40,158 nucleotides of DNA from Candidatus Zixiibacteriota bacterium (GTDB lineage Bacteria; SM23-81). The position numbers were made by a program, and so were the translations under genes. Positions 16,401 through 23,424 of this stretch are shown piece after piece (the stretch's first letter is position 1; each line of letters begins with the position of its first letter). The stretch is taken from contig DAOVRJ010000001.1 of NCBI GenBank assembly GCA_030628225.1, forward strand, positions 1 to 40,158, given 5' to 3'. Under the pieces are notes generated by a model. The model was not told the origin of the DNA. It searched no databases and saw nothing but the letters and a program-made list of their open reading frames with translations.

Positions 16401-16518
16401 TCTCGGCCCCCGCCGGGAGAGCGATAAAACAGAGGGCCGAAACTGTGGCCAGACCGGCAATAGAAACGGCAATTCTTCTGATCTTCATCGACTGCTCTCG
16501 CCTCCGCTTATGGATCAT
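13447..16518 (-). CDS. Exported M6 (immune-inhibitor-A)-like pseudo-metalloprotease domain + ~8 FG-GAP/VCBS propeller repeats + T9SS-type C-terminal sorting domain
   Basis: Signal peptide MKIRRIAVSIAGLATVSALCFIALPAGA (alternative ATG at 16488). M6-like blocks are present: VIFHAGVGAD, ALLFGHRLGLPNLYN (in place of AHEFGHxLGLPDLYD), GIGSWGLMDQGSG, LLIWHVDE and LEEADGFQD. FG-GAP-type repeats: GDLDGDGDMEIV, GDLDEDGDQEIV, GDLDRDDQIVEII, GDIDGDGYLEVVV, GDVDGDGQVDIVV, ADIDGDGDIEILA, plus two degenerate blades. The C-terminal 89 aa (nt 13450-13716) read NYPNP..TTIRYRL..VDIRIYDLSGDLV..GVYLCRVEA..KIAVVK, which fits a T9SS type-A CTD / FlgD-Ig-like pattern. Confidence 0.7.
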   Translation of the reverse strand: MIHKRRREQSMKIRRIAVSIAGLATVSALCFIALPAGAESDHVGMVLRCGREGFHRADLVQGDPAAGLTVSAEEFPQAVLAIRVDFLPDTTSTTTGTGKFDLSASSDEVINPPPHDRIYFQRQMEALHRYYLNVSRGLLDFSCEVYPQENDAAYTLPNEMAYYSPNLTESENDRRLAEFFRDALETADAAGTIDFSQFDALVIFHAGVGADIAFSYDETPNDIPSAYMDLEWLSQSLGSQYAQGVPVNGGTYLVQEGLWMPETLNQRDVEFGLTGLMALLFGHRLGLPNLYNSADGSSGIGSWGLMDQGSGNELGLIPAVPCAWSRIFLGWERPVLVRDSLEVAIDALVVRGSNTTVLKVPINADEYFLIENRQRDAWGDSIVAQIEGGVLLEVDEYDWGIPGSGLLIWHVDEKVIRENYESNTVNADPYHRGVDLEEADGFQDIGHILYGGYVTYGMPEDAFYQGNNTAFTPTSNPNSNSYSGADSHIFVTGIGPSGATMTCDVSIDTYQPGWPDSMAVSLAENPPLVGDLDGDGDMEIVMNTPDGRVFVWNHDGTPFLPGADSSALFVQLADSIAGSAALGDLDEDGDQEIVLGAVSGDVHCWNHDGEELDGFPFNVESPISSAALLIRVPGVFCGTRIVVGTANGWVYELAPGEEDKITWRVNLGESTITALTVADGASWPFVYRVIAGTANGQVFTFCPLGEGSIEPRVIQTPAEIMGLVWGDLDRDDQIVEIIATCAGGQIYVWDLYRHLTTGWPVQIEGPLSSSPVLGDIDGDGYLEVVVVGTDEIWAWNYNVSPVSNFPIPLKDTGTMKSSPILGDVDGDGQVDIVVGTPAGLLVAHDRFGDPLQGWPLACAGAVNSSPTLADIDGDGDIEILAGDEAGWMYVWDLAAEPDSAQLPWPTWGHDFRHTGGFPICELPSPPQAGELMPAASVYNYPNPTEGQSTTIRYRLGQEAEVDIRIYDLSGDLVADLPGTGFAHTENEVVWDLSDVVSGVYLCRVEARGGGYQETVFCKIAVVK

Positions 16519-16524
16519 GAACCG

Positions 16525-17490
16525 TTAAAATCTGGCCGTCAGGGAAAAACGCATGGTATCGGCCAGCGGGTGCCCTTCCTGTGCCGTGATGTATCCGAAA
16601 TCGAAGCGAAAAAAATCGTACTGCAGACCAGCACCGAAGGTGGCCGTCTTCACCTGCCCATATTTGTCATAGATGTAACCGGCTCTCAGGGCCAGTAACT
16701 GGGCATACCAATACTCGGATCCGAAATTCGCCCACCATTCTCCTCCCACCAGTCCGATATTCAGCTCGCCACTCAGCAGAAAATCGTTGTACTGAGTGTC
16801 AAAAAGCTGATAGGCGGTCCCTATCTTCAAGTTCCGTGGTAAGGAGCTGGATTGGTTGGCATCTACGTACATGATGTCCGGCCCGATGTTCTGTAACAAT
16901 GCACCGGCACTCAGTCGGGGAATCAAGTCCCGGGAGAGGATTCCCACATCGGCGGCGTAGCTCATGGCCCGGCCATCTCCCTTCTCCACATTCTGGCCCG
17001 GGCCCAGATCGCTGTAAATGACCTTCAGGTTTACCCCCGCGGCGACACTTTCGGACAGCAGCGCCCCCAGAGAACCGCAGATGGCCAGCTCGTAGCTATG
17101 GTGCCAGCCCAGGATTTCCGGGCCATATTCTGAAGTGTAGGGCATATTTCCGTAGGAGAAGTAGATGATATGTCCCCCAAAAGTTCCCACTCCCTTCCAG
17201 GCAGCTGACCAGCAGACGAAATTATAGTACATGTCGGAGGTGAATTCTGGAAACCATTTAGTGTGCATGAAGGTTACTTCAGTGCCTCGTTGAAAGCCCA
17301 GGCCGGCGGGGTTCCAATAGGAGGCGGTGGCATCGTCGGCCACGGCCACAAAAGACTCCCCCATTCCACTGGCTCTGGCCCCGGGCGCGATCATCAGAAA
17401 CAGCACCCCGGACTGGCTAACGGCGAAACATGTGGCAGCGGGCAGGATGCTCACCAAAATGATGCCGCCGAGCAACAGGCTCCTTTTCAT
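16525..17490 (-). CDS. PorV/PorQ-family outer-membrane beta-barrel protein (copy B)
   Basis: 321 aa with a signal peptide ending CFA. The N-terminal motif APGARASGMGESFVAVADDATASYWNPAGLGF is typical of the PorV/PorQ (UPF0164-like) family. It ends in ...MRFSLTARF. It is the same length as the upstream paralog and about 60% identical by eye. Confidence 0.65.
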   Translation of the reverse strand: MKRSLLLGGIILVSILPAATCFAVSQSGVLFLMIAPGARASGMGESFVAVADDATASYWNPAGLGFQRGTEVTFMHTKWFPEFTSDMYYNFVCWSAAWKGVGTFGGHIIYFSYGNMPYTSEYGPEILGWHHSYELAICGSLGALLSESVAAGVNLKVIYSDLGPGQNVEKGDGRAMSYAADVGILSRDLIPRLSAGALLQNIGPDIMYVDANQSSSLPRNLKIGTAYQLFDTQYNDFLLSGELNIGLVGGEWWANFGSEYWYAQLLALRAGYIYDKYGQVKTATFGAGLQYDFFRFDFGYITAQEGHPLADTMRFSLTARF

Positions 17491-17522
17491 CCTTCACCCT
17501 TCCGCTGTGTGAGTCTTTCCTT

Positions 17523-18488
17523 TTAGAACTTCACCGACAGAGAGAAACGCATGGTGTCGGCCAGAGGATGTCCTTCCTTCTCCGGGATGTACCCGAAATC
17601 AAAACGGTATCGATTGTACTGCAGACCCGCCCCGAAAGTGGGCGTTTTGATCTCCCCGTAATCGTCGTAGATGTACCCTGCTCTCAGAGCCAGAATCGTC
17701 GAGTACCAGTACTCGATGCCAGCATTGCCGCGAAACTCCTCCTCCACCAAACTGCTGTTCAACTCGACGGTGGCAAGCAGGTTGTTGTACTCAGATTCTA
17801 TGATCTTATAGGAGACACCCAGTTTCAGGTTTCTGGGCAGTGGACTGGATTGCTCGGCGTCGATGTACATAATGCTCGGCCCCAGGTTCTGTACCATGCC
17901 TCCAATTTTCAATTTGGGCCAGGGACCCTTGTACAGGACACCTACATCCACGGCGTAGCTCATGGCTTTGCCATCGCCCTTTTCCACATTTTGGCCTGGA
18001 CCCAGGTTGCTGTAAATGCCCTTCATGTTCACTCCCACGCAGAGCTCCTCGGACACATTGGTTCCATAGGAAAGACAGCCGGCGATCTCGTAGCTCTCGA
18101 AGAGGTATTGCACCTCCGGGCCGAACTCAGTTGTATAGGGGATCTTGCCGTAGGTCAGGTAAAGGATGTGTCCTCCAATACCTCCCCAACCATCAACATA
18201 ATGGGTGTAGCTCAAGAAATCATAGTACATGTCATCGGCGAATTGTGGAAACCACTTGCTATGCATAAAAGCCAGCTCTTTTCCCCTCATAAAACCGAGG
18301 CCGGCTGGATTCCAATAGGAGGCGGTAGCATCGTCGGCAACGGCCACAAAGGCTTCTCCCATTCCGCTGGCTCTAGCCCCTGGCGCGATCATCAGAAAAA
18401 GCACTCCCGCCCGGCTCACAGCAAAGCTGGAGGAGGCGGTCACCAGTACCATAAGAAGAGTGATGCCCAGAAGCAGAAATTTCCTCAT
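17523..18488 (-). CDS. PorV/PorQ-family outer-membrane beta-barrel protein (copy A)
   Basis: 321 aa. Signal peptide MRKFLLLGITLLMVLVTASSSFA with a GGAGGA SD. Motif APGARASGMGEAFVAVADDATASYWNPAGLGF. It ends in ...MRFSLSVKF. It lies directly downstream of the C25/PorU-like gene, matching the known porU-porV adjacency in Bacteroidota. Confidence 0.65.
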   Translation of the reverse strand: MRKFLLLGITLLMVLVTASSSFAVSRAGVLFLMIAPGARASGMGEAFVAVADDATASYWNPAGLGFMRGKELAFMHSKWFPQFADDMYYDFLSYTHYVDGWGGIGGHILYLTYGKIPYTTEFGPEVQYLFESYEIAGCLSYGTNVSEELCVGVNMKGIYSNLGPGQNVEKGDGKAMSYAVDVGVLYKGPWPKLKIGGMVQNLGPSIMYIDAEQSSPLPRNLKLGVSYKIIESEYNNLLATVELNSSLVEEEFRGNAGIEYWYSTILALRAGYIYDDYGEIKTPTFGAGLQYNRYRFDFGYIPEKEGHPLADTMRFSLSVKF

Positions 18489-18589
18489 TTTTCTATCCTC
18501 CGGTGAGGGTGAACGACCACTGAATATCCTATTTGCAAATTAACAAGGTAAAGTTCATCATCCTGCCTTGAGGCTCTGGGAAGCTCCAT

Positions 18590-21500
18590 TCAGCGCATAA
18601 CCACCACCTTTCCGTAAGCTTCGGTTCGCTTTCCTTCAACGCGAGCAATGATCTTATATAGATAGACACCGTTGGCCACGCGATCCCCATCCTGGTCCTC
18701 TCCTTCCCAGGGTTGGCTCTCGTTGTAGCCAGGAGCTATTTCCCCCTGTTCCAAAGTACGGATGAGCCTGCCGGCCACGGTGTAGATCCTGATGGTCACT
18801 CTGGCCGGACAGCTGAGCTGGTAAGTGAACCGGGTGTTCTCCGACTGAGGGTTGAAGGGATTTGGACAGTTCAGCACATTGCGCAGGAACAGCTCTCCCT
18901 CTTCCATAACCTCAAAATCCAGGGTGACCGTAGAGAAGTTGTTGAAGTTGTCCCACGCCTTCATGGTCAATGTATGCAATCCAACGCTTAACCCCTCCAG
19001 GGTATAGTTCAGCATACCCCGCTGGTAACTTCCCAGGTCGTAGTTAAACCTGTCGGTCACGTTGACACGCTGGGCATCCTCATCGACAGTCAGAACGATC
19101 CAGTGTCCCACCTCTCCGGTGATGTTGATGCCGTTCTCATCCTCCAGGTAAGCGACGATTGTAGAATTGGACGGCACAAAATCTCCGGGGGCGAACTGTT
19201 GACCGGCGATGCTCAGTTCTATTGCCGGGCCGATAGTATCTACCACCGCCGAGGCAGTGCCTTGAACCGGCAACGAATCCAGATAGGCCAAACCATCTCT
19301 GCTCTGGTCGTTGAGGTACGCGCTAATCCGGGCCATGCGCCCCCCGTAGCTGATGTCCTTGGGCACCACGAAGGTGGCCTCAAAATTGCCCTCCTCCACC
19401 AGGCAGGATCCTCGAAAAAGGGTGGCGCCGGGCAAAAGATAGTATATCTTGGACCCAACCTTGGTTGTGTACGTGGTGGCCCGGGCGGAATCAAAAACCC
19501 GCAAAGAGACGCTCCCCTGAAAAGTTGTATCCGGAACGCCCCGAGAAAAAACCTGCCCCTGAACAGTAACCCGATCCAGGGCCTTCAGAGTATCCCGGGA
19601 CATGCTGGTGATGTGGCTCTCCAGCTCCGGGCTTCCCAGCCTCATGCACGGGTCGCCAAAAAGAGCGTACTTCTGGTCGTTGCTGTACGAATTGGGTCGG
19701 CTGAGCTTGGCCCCGAACAGTCCCTCCCCCAGGGTGAGATCTTCGTTGCCTAAGACCAAGCGCAGAAACTCCTTATTCAGCTCGGCATTGGGGGTGGCAT
19801 AACAATACCTGGTGGCCCCTATGGTGGCCACGGCACCACTGTCCTTGACCCTGAGCAGCTCCTCAGACATGGATTCGTTGAGCGTGTGGTCGAACCTGCC
19901 CACATCGCAGGAGGCGGAGTAGACCAGGGGCAGACTCTGCCCATTGGTCAGCCTGGGGATATCATTGGAGCCTCGAAAAGCATCCTCATGAGCCCAGACG
20001 TCGAAGTTCCCATGTCCAATCCAATTGACCACCAGCATCCCCTCGTTGAATCCATCGATGACCGCCTGCTGTGCCTCCGGCTTCTTGTTGGACCAGTCCA
20101 TGGGGTATTCCGTCAGGTAGACCTTATGCTGGTCATAGGAGGGGGAAATGAAATTCCGGGCCAGGTCTTCGCTATCCCGGGTGTGAAAGAGCTCGTTGCC
20201 CTCGCCGTTAGCGGCAGTCTCGTCATCGGAGACGATCATCACCCGGCTGCGCCAGGGTCCGAAGAAGGGATCTAACACATAATCGGTTATTTTACCCACC
20301 ACCACACCGGCCTCCTCCTCGGAGCGCACCGGCAGACGCCCGATCATCATATCTGCCAGATAATCTCCGTCCAGGCGTACAAACCAGTCATCGGTGCACA
20401 AATCTCCCATCTCATAGGGAGGAATTAAGTTAGACCCTCCGGCACCGGAGTTATTCTTGTAATCGAAGTTTCCATCTCCAAAGAGCAAAATGTATGCCGG
20501 GGGAACCACTTGCCTCTGATTATAGGCAAACCACAGATAATCCCGTATGGCCGTGGGATCAACCAGCCCCCAGGCGAACCGGTCGTACACATCCTCGATG
20601 GTGGCCACCACAACGCGCATTCCCTCCTGGCGGTGCAAATTCACCAGAGGCTCCAAGCTTTCCTGAAACGCACGGGGTGTTACCACGATCAGATCGGCAC
20701 TCACCTCCCGCAGATTCGCCGGGATTCGCCTTTCCACGGAAAGGGGGGACACATATGCCTGCGGCGTGGCCGCATAATAGCGCCTCGGCTCCGCAACGGA
20801 CAGGTTTTCCTGAAAACGGAGAGTGTAGTGATCCTCCTGGAAGAACACCGAACCATCGGTGATCCGCACGGGCATATACGGATCGCTTACATCGAGCAAG
20901 AGAATCTGGGCCTCGGAGAAACCCGCCAGATCGTACTGTATGGTCCCCGAGGTGTCCGGGCTGGAGAAGTACAGCTGGTCCTCCACAACCTGATATCCCC
21001 GCCAGTACTCGATCTCGAACCAGTCGAACAAAATATGATCCCACTCGGACTCGACCCGGGGAAGCACGATTGTAAGGGTGTTCTCCCCCTCCCGCAATCC
21101 CTCGGTCTCTCCGTCGGCGACGATTGCCACGGCACCATACCAGAGTCGCTCGATGGTCGGATAAGGGCTGCCGTTCAGATAAAAATAGACATGATGGGGT
21201 ATGGATGAAGGTATCGATCCGGAGGACTTGTAGTAGATGCCCTTGACCCGCACCTTGAGCTGGCAGGATTCGTCTGCTACCCCCTCCAGGGTCACGCGGT
21301 GCTCCTCGGTCTCAGCCCCATGCCCCGTCATGCTGTCCCAGTACCAGGTGAGTCCTGAATAGCTCGGGTTCAGGTAATCGCGCTCCTGATGCGCAGTGGT
21401 CCTGAACCGCTCTGCCTGAATGTATGTGGTCGACTGCGCAGCTCCCGGTCGGATTTCCATCCTCCTGCCCGGCTCCCCCCCATAAGTCAGCCAGTAAACA

Positions 21501-22642
21501 TTGAGGTCCGTATAGGGGTTGGCATATTCGCTGTACCCCCCTTCAGACATCTCCTCCCATCCGGAGAGATCGGTGGCGTAGAAAAGAATCTCGTCCTCCG
21601 GGTCCAGACGACCGTCATCCTGACCGGAGATGGAGATGGGGATCTCCACCATGGTTGGCGGATTCCCCACCTGACGGGGCAGAATTTTGCATCCTATATT
21701 GTAGATTTTGATAGTCGCGGGATCCACCATCGCCAGGTCTAATCCGGCCTGGTTTAGTTCAGTGGATGTCAGCCGACAGATCCCCTCCAGCCGCAGGGAG
21801 ATCTTGAACCAGTCGTCCGATGAGGAAAAGGGGTCATCGCCCCGGATGATTCCTCTGGCAGAGGATCGGGGGCGCGTGCGCCAATTTCGGGCCTGTTCAT
21901 AGTTCAACAGGCTGAACCGGTAAACTCTCTCAAACAGATCTTCGCCGCTTTCATCTTCAACTTCCGGCAATGATGGGCTGAATTGTACCTGAACGACGAT
22001 GCGGCGGTGAATCCGGACCGTCCTGGTCACGGGATTAAACTGCACCGGATAAAGAACCAGCGGAATGACCCGTTGATGTCTCAAAAAGGCCGCCTGCTGG
22101 GCAACACAAATCTCTGCCGGGAAAAAGGCGTCTGCTTGGTACACCTTCCCGTCAGGCTGATAGACGGTCTCGTAAAATGAAGCATCCTCGCCCTTTCCGC
22201 GGAAGGCTCGAGGGCCCGGAGCCAGGAAAACGTCCTGCCGCTCTTCGAACTCATCCTCCAGAATGGAGAAGGACACCACTGCCTGGGGTGGAAACCCGAT
22301 GTTCACGGCCTGCATAGGCAGCATGGGAATACCTTCCCGGACGGCCATGTCGCAGCCCGGCAGGCTAAGTAGCTGAAAAATATCCTCTCCGCCCTCTCCG
22401 GGCAGATTCACCACCGAGGCCTCTGCGGCCAGGAACTCTAAAACCAGGCCATCTCGGCCTGAACTCATCAGGCGAACCGAGCTCAGCTCCTCGCCACTGA
22501 GAGGCATCGCTGCCAGCAAAACCACAACGGTCGCTAAAAACGCCAGATCCCTCAAATTCTCAGCCTTCGCTTTCACAATAAAAAAACCGAGCGACAGGGA
22601 CACCCACACCCCCTTTGTCAACCCGGCACGTTGATCGATCAA
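18590..22642 (-). CDS. Peptidase C25 (gingipain)-family protein with T9SS-type C-terminal domain; PorU-like candidate T9SS sortase/CTD peptidase
   Basis: 1350-aa maximal ORF. C25-type blocks: LIVVTPRAFQESLEPLVNLHRQEGMRV, PAYILLFGDGNFDYKN, catalytic-His context VNWIGHGN (CAT at 20012-20014) and catalytic-Cys context VYSASCDVGRFD (TGC at 19907-19909, 35 residues later). The C-terminal 99 aa (nt 18593-18889) read NCPNPFNP..TRFTYQL..VTIRIYTVAGRLI..GVYLYKIIA..GKVVVMR, a T9SS CTD pattern. The start is uncertain: TTG at 22642; GTG at 22576 gives (M)KAKAENLRDLAFLATVVVLLAAMPLSG, which looks like a signal peptide. Confidence 0.7.
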   Translation of the reverse strand: MIDQRAGLTKGVWVSLSLGFFIVKAKAENLRDLAFLATVVVLLAAMPLSGEELSSVRLMSSGRDGLVLEFLAAEASVVNLPGEGGEDIFQLLSLPGCDMAVREGIPMLPMQAVNIGFPPQAVVSFSILEDEFEERQDVFLAPGPRAFRGKGEDASFYETVYQPDGKVYQADAFFPAEICVAQQAAFLRHQRVIPLVLYPVQFNPVTRTVRIHRRIVVQVQFSPSLPEVEDESGEDLFERVYRFSLLNYEQARNWRTRPRSSARGIIRGDDPFSSSDDWFKISLRLEGICRLTSTELNQAGLDLAMVDPATIKIYNIGCKILPRQVGNPPTMVEIPISISGQDDGRLDPEDEILFYATDLSGWEEMSEGGYSEYANPYTDLNVYWLTYGGEPGRRMEIRPGAAQSTTYIQAERFRTTAHQERDYLNPSYSGLTWYWDSMTGHGAETEEHRVTLEGVADESCQLKVRVKGIYYKSSGSIPSSIPHHVYFYLNGSPYPTIERLWYGAVAIVADGETEGLREGENTLTIVLPRVESEWDHILFDWFEIEYWRGYQVVEDQLYFSSPDTSGTIQYDLAGFSEAQILLLDVSDPYMPVRITDGSVFFQEDHYTLRFQENLSVAEPRRYYAATPQAYVSPLSVERRIPANLREVSADLIVVTPRAFQESLEPLVNLHRQEGMRVVVATIEDVYDRFAWGLVDPTAIRDYLWFAYNQRQVVPPAYILLFGDGNFDYKNNSGAGGSNLIPPYEMGDLCTDDWFVRLDGDYLADMMIGRLPVRSEEEAGVVVGKITDYVLDPFFGPWRSRVMIVSDDETAANGEGNELFHTRDSEDLARNFISPSYDQHKVYLTEYPMDWSNKKPEAQQAVIDGFNEGMLVVNWIGHGNFDVWAHEDAFRGSNDIPRLTNGQSLPLVYSASCDVGRFDHTLNESMSEELLRVKDSGAVATIGATRYCYATPNAELNKEFLRLVLGNEDLTLGEGLFGAKLSRPNSYSNDQKYALFGDPCMRLGSPELESHITSMSRDTLKALDRVTVQGQVFSRGVPDTTFQGSVSLRVFDSARATTYTTKVGSKIYYLLPGATLFRGSCLVEEGNFEATFVVPKDISYGGRMARISAYLNDQSRDGLAYLDSLPVQGTASAVVDTIGPAIELSIAGQQFAPGDFVPSNSTIVAYLEDENGINITGEVGHWIVLTVDEDAQRVNVTDRFNYDLGSYQRGMLNYTLEGLSVGLHTLTMKAWDNFNNFSTVTLDFEVMEEGELFLRNVLNCPNPFNPQSENTRFTYQLSCPARVTIRIYTVAGRLIRTLEQGEIAPGYNESQPWEGEDQDGDRVANGVYLYKIIARVEGKRTEAYGKVVVMR

Positions 22643-22872
22643 AAAAGAAGAATGGATTGCTCGCTAAAGGGTTTTCGGCCCTTCTTAATCATAAAAGTCT
22701 TCTGCGCTGTCTGCGCATATCCACCGGGTACCGAGGAAAATCCTGGCCGCGGTGTTGCCCGTTCTTTTCAATCGAACCCATTGGCATCAATAAAGAACCC
22801 TTTAGCGAACCGCTCTCGTTGAATTAACCTCCTTCAATAAAGAAAACCCTCCAGTCAGAACTATCGTTTATC

Positions 22873-22901
22873 AAAATAGACATTCCCGGCTGTTTTGTCA
22901 A
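22873..22901 (-). promoter_or_regulatory. Candidate sigma70-type promoter for the envelope cluster
   Basis: On the minus strand: TTGACA (22901-22896), a 17-nt spacer, then TATTTT (22878-22873). It sits in the AT-richer 324-bp gap upstream of the PorU-like gene. Sequence match only. Confidence 0.25.
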
Positions 22902-22966
22902 GGTTTTTTAAGCTTATGATTCGGCAATACATCTACTGCAAAGACTCACGAGAACTTCTGGGAGGT

Positions 22967-23380
22967 CTACGACTGGCTTTTTTTCTTTTTTCTTGGTTTG
23001 GTTTTCTGGTTACTTTTTGATGTCTTCGGCCTTGCGTCCGTCTCCTTGGCCTGGGGTTTGACTTTCTGTTCGGCCTCCTTTTCCTCCTTCTCCTCTTCTT
23101 CCACCACCTTCATCTCATCCACGTAGTTCATTCGCAATTCGAACAAAACTCGCTCAACAAGCTTCTTCTCTCTCTCGTTGAGATTGCCCCTGGTTTTTTG
23201 TTCAAGCATGGACACGATGTCGATGGAGTGCTTGGCCTGGACCATGTCCTTCTCCACCTTATTGGTCAAAGGGTTCACGATCTTGCCCATCTGCTGCATG
23301 GCGGTTGCCTGAAATGTAAAAACCAGCTGCGTAAAGTAGGCCTCGTTGATCTCCTCCTGTGAGTATTTCTCAGCCATCAT
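22967..23380 (-). CDS. DUF1844-like protein with Lys/Glu-rich C-terminal tail
   Basis: Core FTQLVFTFQATAMQQMGKIVNPLTNKVEKDMVQAKHSIDIVSMLEQKTRGNL...LFELRMNYV matches my recollection of the DUF1844 pattern. The start ATGATG at 23380/23377 is preceded by TAAGGAGGAAC. The maximal ORF to 23428 is probably over-extended. Confidence 0.6.
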   Translation of the reverse strand: MMAEKYSQEEINEAYFTQLVFTFQATAMQQMGKIVNPLTNKVEKDMVQAKHSIDIVSMLEQKTRGNLNEREKKLVERVLFELRMNYVDEMKVVEEEEKEEKEAEQKVKPQAKETDARPKTSKSNQKTKPRKKKKSQS

Positions 23381-23424
23381 GTTCCTCCTTACTATGTCCT
23401 CTATCTTCAGCCAGTGCAGTCCTT

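Noticed and set aside
18590-22642. The C25-family protein as a secreted gingipain-type virulence protease (cargo) rather than PorU.
   Set aside because: I did not fully exclude this. The immediate downstream PorV-like genes reproduce the conserved porU-porV arrangement, so the PorU-like reading is preferred. Phylogeny is needed to settle it.
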